A stretch of DNA of 33,656 bases from Chloroflexota bacterium (GCA_039934115.1 JBDTMU010000001.1:1-33656), one strand, 5' to 3'. Positions 1 to 8,115 are shown, counted from the stretch's first letter. The notes: generated by a model from the letters alone, not told the origin. Numbers and translations are program-made.

Positions 1-150
1 GCTCAGATGGATGGCCGTCGCGGTGCCGCAAGGTACCGGCACAGAACTCGGCTTATAGGCCGCTCTCCAGGGACTGTTTCTTGCGGGACGTCGAGGCGGG
101 AGATGCCGCTTCAACGGATCGGTGTGGGGCGCTCGCGCCCAGACATCGGT

Positions 151-387
151 CTAATCCTCGTCCGCTCTCCAGATCGTCGTCGCCGTGCAGGCGTTGCAGA
201 TCGAGCGCGCCTCGTCCATGGTCCCCAGCGGCAGCGGGTGCTCAAGTCCGCCGAGCAGGCAATCGACCTGGACGCGCGGCCCGTCGCCTGCTGGCAGGAT
301 CGACACGTGACGCACGCGGCAACGGCGGATGCGTCCCTGGCGGGGGATCGGGATCCGCGTGCTGGACTCGAGCTTTTCGACCGCCAT
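151..387 (-). CDS. hypothetical small Cys-containing protein (78 aa), family not recognised
   Basis: Complete ORF on the - strand. The ATG (rev-comp of 385-387) lies 7 nt after an SD-like GAGGGGAAGG (rev-comp of 395-404). Hand-counted GC3 is about 86% (11 of 78 codons end in A/T), similar to confirmed genes here. It has 4 Cys, including a C-terminal CNAC. The overlapping + strand ORFs 7..570 and 81..620 look like shadow ORFs. Confidence 0.5.
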   Translation of the reverse strand: MAVEKLESSTRIPIPRQGRIRRCRVRHVSILPAGDGPRVQVDCLLGGLEHPLPLGTMDEARSICNACTATTIWRADED

Positions 388-582
388 GCGTCGACCTTCC
401 CCTCGTTGACCGGAGTAGCGTTGAACCGGTCGTCCCGCAGCCTAGGTTCGCCGCATGCGGCAGCTCAATGGGGCGTTGGTACCATCCCAGGTCAGCTGCA
501 ACGCGCTCCGTGTTCCGGCCGCGCTACACTCGATCAGGGGTTTGGATCGTCACAGCGCTCAACGATATGAGGTCGCCAGGCA

Positions 583-1515
583 TTGTTCGGGCGTCGAAAC
601 CGAGGCCGGGAGAACCGTGAGGCGGCCGAGCGGGAGCAGAGCAGGCGGGCCCTCTTCGAGGAGCTTGCCAAGCGACCCGCCAACATCTGCCCGTTCCTGG
701 GCCTCGCCAGCTCCCAGACCGAATATCACGACGGGTTCACCCGCGAGCATCGCTGCTATGCGTTTGGTGACCCGGTCGAGCTCTCGGCCGAGCAGCAGGA
801 GCGAGTCTGCCTGGGGCGCGGCTACGGCAATTGCCCGCGTTACCTGCGCGGCGTATTGGTCATCCCGACTGAAGAGCTTGAGGCGTTGCGCCGCCCGCTG
901 CCCCCCGTACGCCCGCCGGCGCCGCCCGTCACGCCAACTCCTCCTCCACCGCCAGCCGGTGAAGGTCGCGGCCGCGGCCGCCGCGGCGCGTTCGTGCTGA
1001 TTGGGCTTGTCGTGCTGCTGGCCGCCGCCGGCACAGCCGGAGCCGTCTTCTACTTGAACGGCCCGGGGGTTGCCGTCCGACCGACGCCCACCCCTCAGCC
1101 ATCGGTCAGCAGCCCGCCGAGCCCCAGCGCCGCGCCGACTGCCACCCAGCAGCCGTCGCCAACGCAGGAGGCGACCCCGTTCCCTGAGACCCCGAAGCCC
1201 GACCCGACGCCCCTACCCGGCGACACCTTCCTGGGGTACGAGGTGACGGTGCTGGAGGGAGAGAACACGCTGTTCGAGGTCGACGACGCCGGCAACATCT
1301 TGCGCTCTGAGATTGCCCACTTCAGCCGATTCTCACTGGCACCGGTGGACCAAATCAAGGCGGCCAACGGCCTCCTTCACTGGCGGACCACTACCGGTTT
1401 CTTCACGGGCCTCTCGTACATTCACAATGACTCGGGCGCGTTTCTGATTCGCAAGGTGTACGAGGGTGCGGACGGGGAGAAGCGCTACTTCGTCCTCAAG
1501 GACGAGGAGATCTAG
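583..1515 (+). CDS. hypothetical single-pass membrane protein: N-terminal cytoplasmic 4-Cys domain, one TM helix, Pro/Thr/Ser-rich linker, C-terminal about 100 aa extracytoplasmic domain
   Basis: 310-codon ORF with a TTG start. Cys at residues 36, 58, 76 and 84 (ICPFLG ... HRCYAFGD ... VCLGRGYGNCPRYLRG). Hydrophobic segment AFVLIGLVVLLAAAGTAGAVFYL. PTPTPQPSVSSPPSPSAAPT linker. Beta-rich looking C-terminus. The start codon choice is uncertain. Confidence 0.75.
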   Translation: MFGRRNRGRENREAAEREQSRRALFEELAKRPANICPFLGLASSQTEYHDGFTREHRCYAFGDPVELSAEQQERVCLGRGYGNCPRYLRGVLVIPTEELEALRRPLPPVRPPAPPVTPTPPPPPAGEGRGRGRRGAFVLIGLVVLLAAAGTAGAVFYLNGPGVAVRPTPTPQPSVSSPPSPSAAPTATQQPSPTQEATPFPETPKPDPTPLPGDTFLGYEVTVLEGENTLFEVDDAGNILRSEIAHFSRFSLAPVDQIKAANGLLHWRTTTGFFTGLSYIHNDSGAFLIRKVYEGADGEKRYFVLKDEEI

Positions 1516-1587
1516 GCTCCGACCCGCCACTCCAGAGTCCGAGCTGGACCCGGGACCATCGTCCGGTCCGATACATGCAGAAATCGC

Positions 1588-1615
1588 TTGACGGCGTGCT
1601 GCTGCCCTGTACAAT
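1588..1615 (+). promoter_or_regulatory. sigma-70 type promoter of the mraZ/dcw operon (TTGACG-N16-TACAAT)
   Basis: TTGACG at 1588-1593, a 16-nt spacer, and TACAAT at 1610-1615, about 55 nt upstream of the mraZ ATG. AT-rich hexamers are rare in this GC-rich DNA. Confidence 0.6.
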
Positions 1616-1623
1616 GGCGCCCG

Positions 1624-1659
1624 GTGGCCCAAAGTGGGGACAAATGGGGAGTAGTGGTA
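1624..1659 (+). promoter_or_regulatory. predicted MraZ operator: four direct (A/G)TGG-core repeats in exact 10-bp register
   Basis: GTGGCC (1624), GTGGGG (1634), ATGGGG (1644) and GTGGTA (1654). The TGG cores start at 1625, 1635, 1645 and 1655. The repeats lie between the -10 box and the mraZ start. This matches the known MraZ operator architecture (direct TGGGN-type repeats with 10-bp periodicity downstream of Pmra). Confidence 0.55.
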
Positions 1660-1669
1660 GCAGGCTCGC

Positions 1670-2116
1670 ATGCAGTCCTCGTTCCTGACAGGTGAATTCC
1701 GGCACACGCTCGACGACCGCAGTCGCGTCGCCGTCCCCGTGCGCTTCCGGCAGCGCCTGGCACAGGGGGCCACCCTCGCTCGCTGGCTCGACAACTGCCT
1801 TGGCCTCTTTCCAGCCGACGCCTGGGATGAGCTCGCCGGGAAGATCTCGGCGCTGCCGCTGACCAACCCGCGGGCCCGGGAGTTTGCTCGCTTCATGTCG
1901 TCCGGCGCGGTTGAGGTCGAGCTCGACAAGCAGGGTCGGATCCTGGTGCCCGGCTACCTGCGCGAGTACGCCGGCCTCTCCGACGGAGAAGTGGTGGTGG
2001 TGGGGGCGCTCAACCGGCTCGAGATCTGGGCACCGGCGGCCTGGCTGCCGTATCGCTCCAAGATCGAGGACGAGCCGGAGGCGCTCGCCGAACACCTGGC
2101 CGATCTCGGGATCTGA
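1670..2116 (+). CDS. mraZ: transcriptional regulator MraZ
   Basis: 148 aa with two MraZ/SpoVT-AbrB-like halves, each carrying the DxxxR motif (LDDRSRVAVPVRF and LDKQGRILVPGYLREYAGL). It is the first gene of the dcw cluster, directly upstream of rsmH. Confidence 0.95.
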   Translation: MQSSFLTGEFRHTLDDRSRVAVPVRFRQRLAQGATLARWLDNCLGLFPADAWDELAGKISALPLTNPRAREFARFMSSGAVEVELDKQGRILVPGYLREYAGLSDGEVVVVGALNRLEIWAPAAWLPYRSKIEDEPEALAEHLADLGI

Positions 2117-2207
2117 GGACGCGACGAATGACGCACGCCGCGAACCCTCCATTCATGCGTCTCCGGGCCGATCGGCCCGTCGTCCGACACGAAAGGTGCG
2201 ACCGCGA

Positions 2208-3161
2208 ATGGGAGAAGGGCACCTGCCGGTCCTCGTCGACGAGGTTCTTGCCTCGCTGGCGGTGGGTCCCGGCAGCTCCATCGCAGACTGCACGGTCGGC
2301 GGCGGTGGGCACGCCGAGCGGCTCTTGGAGGCCTCGTCCCCGGATGGCCGCCTGCTCGGCCTCGATGCCGATCGGGCGGCCATCCGGGAGACGCAACGAA
2401 CCCTCGCCCGCTTCGGCGATCGGGTCATCCTCCGACAGGCGAACTTCGCGAACCTCTACGACGAGGCCCGCGCGGCCGATCTCATCCCCCTCGATGCCGT
2501 CCTCTTCGACCTCGGCCTCTCGAGCTACCAGCTGGCCGACCCTCGACGCGGCTTCAGCTTTGCGGCCGATGCGCCGCCGGACATGAGATTCGATGAAGAT
2601 CGTGGTCTATCGGCCCTCGACCTCATCGACCGATCGTCGCAGCGAGAGCTCGCCGGAATCCTCGCGACGTTTGGTGAAGAACGCCGTGCAGGCCGCATCG
2701 CGACGGCGATCCTGGCGGCGCGTGCGCAAGGGCGGCTCATGACCGCAGCCGATCTTGCCGAGGTCGTGGCCGCCGCCGTTCCGGTGAGCCGCGCCGACGC
2801 CGGACGCATTCACCCCGCCACTCGCACCTTCCAGGCGCTCCGCATTGCCGTCAACCGCGAGCTGGAGGTGCTGACATCGGCACTCGCCGGCGCTCTGGCC
2901 GCGCTGCGGCCTGGCGGCCGCCTGGCCGTCATCAGCTACCACTCCGGGGAGGATCGGATCGTCAAACGCTTCATGGCACGGGAGAGCCGCGACTGCGTGG
3001 AAGACCCGCTCCCGCCCGTCTGCCTGTGCGGGCATCGCGCACAGCTCCGTCCCATCGTCAGGAGGGGCATCACACCGACCGCCGCCGAGGTGAGTCGCAA
3101 CCGCCGAGCTCGCAGCGCACGCCTGCGAGCGGCCATCAAGCTCGCGCCGGCCGGCGCATGA
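2208..3161 (+). CDS. rsmH: 16S rRNA (cytosine1402-N4)-methyltransferase RsmH (MraW)
   Basis: Motifs HLPVLVDEV, DCTVGGGGHAE (SAM binding), DLGLSSYQLADPRRGFSF and ISYHSGEDRIVK. The ATG at 2208 is chosen as start; an in-frame GTG at 2196 is an alternative. Confidence 0.92.
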   Translation: MGEGHLPVLVDEVLASLAVGPGSSIADCTVGGGGHAERLLEASSPDGRLLGLDADRAAIRETQRTLARFGDRVILRQANFANLYDEARAADLIPLDAVLFDLGLSSYQLADPRRGFSFAADAPPDMRFDEDRGLSALDLIDRSSQRELAGILATFGEERRAGRIATAILAARAQGRLMTAADLAEVVAAAVPVSRADAGRIHPATRTFQALRIAVNRELEVLTSALAGALAALRPGGRLAVISYHSGEDRIVKRFMARESRDCVEDPLPPVCLCGHRAQLRPIVRRGITPTAAEVSRNRRARSARLRAAIKLAPAGA

Positions 3162-3180
3162 CAGTTCGAGGAGGGTACCG

Positions 3181-3390
3181 ATGAGCCGAGGACGCCCCCG
3201 TCACCAGTCCAGTCGCCGACGCATGTACAGCGGTCGTCAGCGCGACGTGCGCGAGCGCCGCTCACACCAGGAATGGGATGCACCTGGTGCCCTCGAGCAG
3301 GATGGCAAGCTCGAGAGCGATGACTCGCGAGAGCTTGACACCCTGACCGGCTGGAGCCTTCAGCTCAACGCGCGACCCAGCGCCGCCTAG
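3181..3390 (+). CDS. possible small hydrophilic protein or upstream ORF (69 aa) between rsmH and ftsL
   Basis: A strong SD, GAGGAGGG (3168-3175), lies 5 nt before the ATG at 3181. The TAG stop (3388-3390) abuts the ATG at 3391 of the ftsL-like ORF, in the same frame. Hand-counted GC3 is only about 72%, near bulk composition, so coding status is uncertain. Confidence 0.3.
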   Translation: MSRGRPRHQSSRRRMYSGRQRDVRERRSHQEWDAPGALEQDGKLESDDSRELDTLTGWSLQLNARPSAA

Positions 3391-3804
3391 ATGGCCATCG
3401 TCGGGGCGCGTCCAGCGACCGGGATCGGCCTCGTCCGACGCCGACCTCGCGTTCGCACGCGCCCCGCCCCCACACGCGCCCGGGCCCGTCGCGTGGCCCG
3501 CAGCCGCGGAACGGTCGGCAGCATCTCGACCGTGCTGGTCGCGATCGCAGCCGCCGCCGGCCTGTGCCTCTTCTACCTGACCCAGTCGACGCACGTCGCT
3601 GCGCTCGGCTATCAGATCGATGGCCTGCAGGCGCGCGTCGCCGACCTGCGCGCCCAAGAGCAGCAGCTCACCTTCGAGATCGGCGTGGCCCGCTCGCCGA
3701 GCACCATCGAGGTGGAGGCGCAGAACGAACTGCGGTTGGTGCCGCTCGATCCAACCGTCGTCCGCTTTGCCACGAGACCGATTGACCAAGACCTCTTGAA
3801 GTAG
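3391..3804 (+). CDS. ftsL: cell division protein FtsL-like (bitopic, TM plus coiled coil)
   Basis: 137 aa. Arg-rich N-terminus, single TM (ISTVLVAIAAAAGLCLFYL), then a heptad-like segment (IDGLQARVADLRAQEQQLTFEI). It occupies the canonical position between rsmH and ftsI. Sequence conservation in this family is low, so the call rests on architecture and synteny. Confidence 0.72.
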   Translation: MAIVGARPATGIGLVRRRPRVRTRPAPTRARARRVARSRGTVGSISTVLVAIAAAAGLCLFYLTQSTHVAALGYQIDGLQARVADLRAQEQQLTFEIGVARSPSTIEVEAQNELRLVPLDPTVVRFATRPIDQDLLK

Positions 3805-3838
3805 CCAGCCGGGGAGTTCCCCGGTCGACGGAGTAGCC

Positions 3839-5662
3839 GTGCTCGCCAGGACTGACAGCCGTGCCCGCGCCCTGTTCCTGCTGATCATCACGGCCATCCT
3901 CGCAACCCTCGTCGGCGGGCGGCTCGTGTATTGGCAGGTCGTGGACCGCGAGCGCGTCGCGACACTCGCCCTGAACCAGCTCGCCCAGAACCAGGAGATC
4001 CCGGCCGAGCGAGGGGAGATCCGCGACGTCAATGGTGTTCTGCTGGCGACCTCGGTCAAAGTCCAGTCGGTGTACGCCATCCCGCCGACCGTGCAGCAGG
4101 GCGATCCTCGGCGGGCGGCCACCCAGCTGGCATCGGTGCTCGGGATGGACGTGGACGAGGTGCTCGCGCGGCTGACCGGCAAGGACCCGTGGGTCTGGCT
4201 GCGGCGACGCATCGATCCACAGATGGCTCAGTGGGTTGCCACGCTTGACATTCCCGGGGTCGGGATGCTGCCCGAGACGCAGCGGGTCTACCCGATCAAT
4301 GGCGTGGCTCCGCAGACCACTCTTGGCGCACAGCTGCTCGGCTTCGTCAACGTGGACGGCAAGGGGCAATACGGGGTCGAGGGCGCGGAGGATGCGCTCC
4401 TGGCCGGGCTGCCCGGGTCGGTGAGCGCCCAGGAGGACGTCATCGGGCGAAGGATCGCGGACTCGGTCTACGAGCTGCGGCCCCCGGTCGATGGCGCGGA
4501 CCTGCACCTGACGCTGGACGCGGGACTGCAGCACATCCTCGAATCGGCCATGTGGAGCACCTACCAGAAGAACCTTGCCCAGGGGGTCACCGGGCTGGTG
4601 ATGGACGTGCACACCGGCGCGATCAAGGCGATGGCCTCGTTCCCGTCGTTTGACGCCAACAGCTATCGGAGCACCGAGCCCGCCCTCTTCACGGACCCGG
4701 CGGTCAGTCGACAATACGAGCCTGGATCGGTGATGAAGGCATTCACCGTTGCTGCGGCGCTCGACGCGGGGGCCATCGACCTCGACACCACCGTGCTCGA
4801 CGACAACAACCTGCGGATCGCGGGCATCCGCATCCAGAACGCCGACCGCTACACCAAGCCGTACGGCAACGGCGAGATCACCGCGGGCGAAGTGCTGAAG
4901 CTGTCGGACAACGTCGGCGCCGCCAAGATCGGCCTGCTGCTTGGCAGGCAGGCCCTGTACCAGGCCTTCAAGCGCTTCGGATTCGGCACGCCGACCGGCG
5001 TCGACATCGCCGGGGAGGCCTCAGGCGTGGTCTGGGATCCAGACGGCCCGAACGCGAGCGGCGATCTGACGGCTGCCCAGAACGCCTTCGGGCAGGGCCT
5101 CAGCGTGACCGCCGTGCAGCTCGTCGCCGGCTATTGCGCAATCGCGAACGGCGGAACGCTGGTAACGCCACACGTCATCGCCGGCTGGACCGGACCGGAT
5201 GGCGTGTACCACGCGACGGACGTGCAGCAGGGCGAGCGGATCATGCGCCAGGAGACGGCCAACATGATGGTCAGGCTGCTGACCGACGCGGTCGACCACG
5301 GCCGAGCCCAGCCGGCCGCCATCCCGGGCTACTCGATCGCCGGCAAGACCGGAACGGCCGAGGTCGCCGGTCCCAAGACCGAGCAGGTGCAGGTGGGGAT
5401 CGACGACGCCGGAAACCCGATCTACGAGATGCAGACGCACCTCGTCTACCAGCACGGCTGGATCGACTCCTCGTTCATCTCGATCATGCCGGCCAGCGAT
5501 CCGCAGTTCGTGACCCTGATCCTCATCCATCGGCCCGTGACCTGGGGCCTGTACAAGATGGCCCAGACGCCGGTGAGCCTCTTCCGCGGCCTGGCGCCGC
5601 AGATCTTCGACTACCTTGCCATCGCTCCCGACCGGGTGGTGTCGCCGGTCGCCGCCAAATGA
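3839..5662 (+). CDS. ftsI: peptidoglycan D,D-transpeptidase FtsI (class B PBP)
   Basis: GTG start with GGAG 5 nt upstream. N-terminal TM anchor. Penicillin-binding motifs SxxK (GSVMK), SxN (LSDN) and KTG (GKTGTA). dcw synteny supports the call. Confidence 0.93.
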   Translation: MLARTDSRARALFLLIITAILATLVGGRLVYWQVVDRERVATLALNQLAQNQEIPAERGEIRDVNGVLLATSVKVQSVYAIPPTVQQGDPRRAATQLASVLGMDVDEVLARLTGKDPWVWLRRRIDPQMAQWVATLDIPGVGMLPETQRVYPINGVAPQTTLGAQLLGFVNVDGKGQYGVEGAEDALLAGLPGSVSAQEDVIGRRIADSVYELRPPVDGADLHLTLDAGLQHILESAMWSTYQKNLAQGVTGLVMDVHTGAIKAMASFPSFDANSYRSTEPALFTDPAVSRQYEPGSVMKAFTVAAALDAGAIDLDTTVLDDNNLRIAGIRIQNADRYTKPYGNGEITAGEVLKLSDNVGAAKIGLLLGRQALYQAFKRFGFGTPTGVDIAGEASGVVWDPDGPNASGDLTAAQNAFGQGLSVTAVQLVAGYCAIANGGTLVTPHVIAGWTGPDGVYHATDVQQGERIMRQETANMMVRLLTDAVDHGRAQPAAIPGYSIAGKTGTAEVAGPKTEQVQVGIDDAGNPIYEMQTHLVYQHGWIDSSFISIMPASDPQFVTLILIHRPVTWGLYKMAQTPVSLFRGLAPQIFDYLAIAPDRVVSPVAAK

Positions 5663-7107
5663 GGCTGCTAGACTCGGCCGACCCCTCTGCAGGGAGCAGC
5701 GTGCCACCGTCAATCCGGCTCGACGATCTCCTGGCCGCAACCGGGGCCCGCCTCCTCGGGCCGACGAGCGTCACCTCCTTCGCCAGCGCCGCGGTTGACT
5801 CGCGCAATGTCGTTCAGGGCTGTCTCTTCGTCGCGCTTCGGGGCGAGCGCACCGACGGCCACCGCTTCACAGCCGATGCGGTGCGCGCCGGCGCCTCGGT
5901 CCTCATCGTCGAGCATCCGGTCGAGCTTCCGGAGGGCGCGGACGTGGCCGTCCTGCAGGTCGCCGATCCGCTCACCGCTCTCCAGGAGATGGCCGCCTGG
6001 TGGCGAGCTCGGTCGAGCGTCCGCGTGGTGGGCGTCACCGGCTCGACCGGCAAGACGATCGCCAAGGAGATCGTGGCCGACGTCCTCTCCCGCACCCTCA
6101 GCGTCCTCCGCAACGAGGGCAACCTGAACAGCGAGACGGGCCTCCCGATGACGCTCCTCAGATTGGAGCCGTGGCACCAGGTGAGCGTGCTCGAGATGAG
6201 CATGTACACGGAGGGCGAGATCGCGCGGCTGGCCGAGATCGCACGACCCGAGGTGGGCGTTGTGTTGGCCGTCCACCCGACCCACCTGCAGCGTGCCGGC
6301 AGCCTTGACGCCATCGCCCGCGCCAAGGCGGAGCTTCCGGCCGCACTCCCGGCCGACGGGCTGGCGGTCCTGAATGCCGACGACCCGAAGGTCGTGGCCA
6401 TGCGGAGCGTGACCGCGGCGCCGGTCCGCACCTTCGGCCTCGGACCGGGCGCCGACGTGCGCGCGACCGACATCGAATCGCACGGGGTGGGCGGCACGAT
6501 CTTCACGCTCGAGGCGCCCTGGGGCCGGCGGCGGCTGCACTCGGCGACCCTCGGGCGACACCTCGTGCCGCATGCACTGGCCGCGGCCACCGTGGCCGAC
6601 CACTTCGGCATTCCCCTCGACGAGGTGGAGGTCGCGCTGGCGGCAGGCAGCCGCGCGGACCACCGCATGGCGGTGGCGGAGGCCACGGCCGGGGCGACCG
6701 TCATCGATGACACGTACAACGCATCGCCGGTGTCGGTCGCGGCCGCACTCGACTTCCTGGGCGAGAGTCCGCTGGCTCCGGGCCGCGCGCGCTATGCGGT
6801 CCTGGGCGACATGCTCGAGCTTGGTCCCGACGAGGAGCGGCTGCACCGCGAGGTCGGGGCGAAGGCCGCCGGGGTCGCGGACGGCCTGGTGGCGGTCGGC
6901 GACCGTGGCCGCTGGATCGCCGAGGGGGCGCGCGCGGCGGGGCTGCGCCGCGTCACCACGGTTCACGACGCCGACGAGGCCGTGCTGGCGGTCGAGCGTG
7001 ACCTGGCGCCCGGCGTCGGCGATCTGTTGCTGGTCAAGGGGTCGCGCGGGATCGAGCTTGACCGGCTGGTGGCGGCGCTCACCGGTCAGGCGCCGGGGCA
7101 TCACTGA
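5659..7107 (+). CDS. murF: UDP-N-acetylmuramoyl-tripeptide--D-alanyl-D-alanine ligase MurF
   Basis: The ATG at 5659 overlaps the ftsI stop (ATGA). Mur ligase P-loop GVTGSTGKT. MurF-type motifs NSETGLPMTLL, DDTYNASPVS, GDMLELG and KGSRG. No MurE-type DNPR motif is present. Confidence 0.9.
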   Translation: MRLLDSADPSAGSSVPPSIRLDDLLAATGARLLGPTSVTSFASAAVDSRNVVQGCLFVALRGERTDGHRFTADAVRAGASVLIVEHPVELPEGADVAVLQVADPLTALQEMAAWWRARSSVRVVGVTGSTGKTIAKEIVADVLSRTLSVLRNEGNLNSETGLPMTLLRLEPWHQVSVLEMSMYTEGEIARLAEIARPEVGVVLAVHPTHLQRAGSLDAIARAKAELPAALPADGLAVLNADDPKVVAMRSVTAAPVRTFGLGPGADVRATDIESHGVGGTIFTLEAPWGRRRLHSATLGRHLVPHALAAATVADHFGIPLDEVEVALAAGSRADHRMAVAEATAGATVIDDTYNASPVSVAAALDFLGESPLAPGRARYAVLGDMLELGPDEERLHREVGAKAAGVADGLVAVGDRGRWIAEGARAAGLRRVTTVHDADEAVLAVERDLAPGVGDLLLVKGSRGIELDRLVAALTGQAPGHH

Positions 7108-7108
7108 C

Positions 7109-8110
7109 ATGTTGCCGATCGTCGTCGCCCTGCTCGCCGCGTTCGCCGGGGTGGTGCTGCTGGCCCCGGTCTACATCGGTCTGCTGCAGCGCCTCGGGTT
7201 TGGGAAGCAGATCCGATCCGACGGACCGGAGGGCCATTTCGGCAAGGCGGGGACCCCGACCATGGGCGGCATGCTGCTGGTCGTGGTGGTCATGTTCCTG
7301 GCCATGGCCATGCGCATCGAGGACGGCTACACCCTGACCCCGATGCTCGCTCTCGTCGGCGTTTCAATCCTGGGCGCGATCGACGACTTTGTGAACGTCC
7401 ACACCGGCGTCGGCGTGAGGGGCCGCTTCAAGCTGGTCTGGCAGACGGCCGTCGGCCTGCTGGCCGCGTTCTACATCCAGCGTCACTTCGCAATCCCGGG
7501 AGTGAACATCTCGTCCATCTCGGTGCCCCTCCCGCTAGCCGGCGAGGTCGTCATCGGCGGCCTCCTGTTCGTCCTCTTCGTCGCCTTCGTGATCGTCGGC
7601 GTCAGCAACGCCGTGAACCTGACCGATGGGCTCGACGGGCTGGCGGGTGGAGTCCTGATCTTCGCATTCATCGCGTATCTGCTGATCGCCCTGGTGGCGG
7701 CGGGCGGGAAGCCGTCGCAGCCGAACGTCGCCATCTTCTGCGCGCTCATCGTGGGCGCCCTGATGGGGTTCCTGTGGTTCAACGTGCATCCCGCGCAGCT
7801 GATCATGGGAGACGCCGGTGCCCTGTCGATGGGCGCCACCCTCGCCGTGGTCGCGACCATCACCGCCCAGCTGCCGCTCCTGGCCGTCATCGGCGCCGTC
7901 TTCTTCGCCGTGATCATGAGCGTCGTGCTCCAGGTCGCCTCATTCCGGCTGCGCGGCCGCCGGATCTTCCGGATGGCCCCCCTGCACCACCATTTCGAGC
8001 TGATCGGGTGGGCCGAGGAGAAGATCACCGTTCGCTTCTGGATCGTGGCGGCCCTGGCAGGCCTGCTTGGCTTCAGCCTGTACCTCGCAACCGTGCCCGG
8101 GCTGGCCTGA
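7109..8110 (+). CDS. mraY: phospho-N-acetylmuramoyl-pentapeptide transferase MraY
   Basis: The ATG lies 1 nt after the murF stop. Polytopic membrane protein with motifs NAVNLTDGLDGLA, MGDAGALSMG and PLHHHFE. Confidence 0.96.
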   Translation: MLPIVVALLAAFAGVVLLAPVYIGLLQRLGFGKQIRSDGPEGHFGKAGTPTMGGMLLVVVVMFLAMAMRIEDGYTLTPMLALVGVSILGAIDDFVNVHTGVGVRGRFKLVWQTAVGLLAAFYIQRHFAIPGVNISSISVPLPLAGEVVIGGLLFVLFVAFVIVGVSNAVNLTDGLDGLAGGVLIFAFIAYLLIALVAAGGKPSQPNVAIFCALIVGALMGFLWFNVHPAQLIMGDAGALSMGATLAVVATITAQLPLLAVIGAVFFAVIMSVVLQVASFRLRGRRIFRMAPLHHHFELIGWAEEKITVRFWIVAALAGLLGFSLYLATVPGLA

Positions 8111-8115
8111 GACCG

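Noticed and set aside
7-620. Two long + strand ORFs (7..570 and 81..620) at the left edge.
   Set aside because: Both are Arg/Pro/Ser-rich low-complexity translations lying opposite the high-GC3 minus-strand ORF 151..387 and across the divergent intergenic region. They have no SD and no motifs. The first 150 nt remain unassigned.
3809-3824. Palindrome CCGGGGAGTTCCCCGG between ftsL and ftsI, considered as a possible terminator.
   Set aside because: It has only a short stem with a minimal loop and no U-tract, and it lies 15 nt before the ftsI start inside a tightly coupled operon. It is more likely incidental or a minor mRNA structure.
5659-7107. Considered calling this Mur ligase MurE, which is the gene normally following ftsI.
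   Set aside because: The sequence carries MurF-specific motifs (NSETGLP, DDTYNASPVS, GDMLELG, LVKGSRG) and lacks the MurE DNPR motif. Its length (482 aa) also fits MurF.
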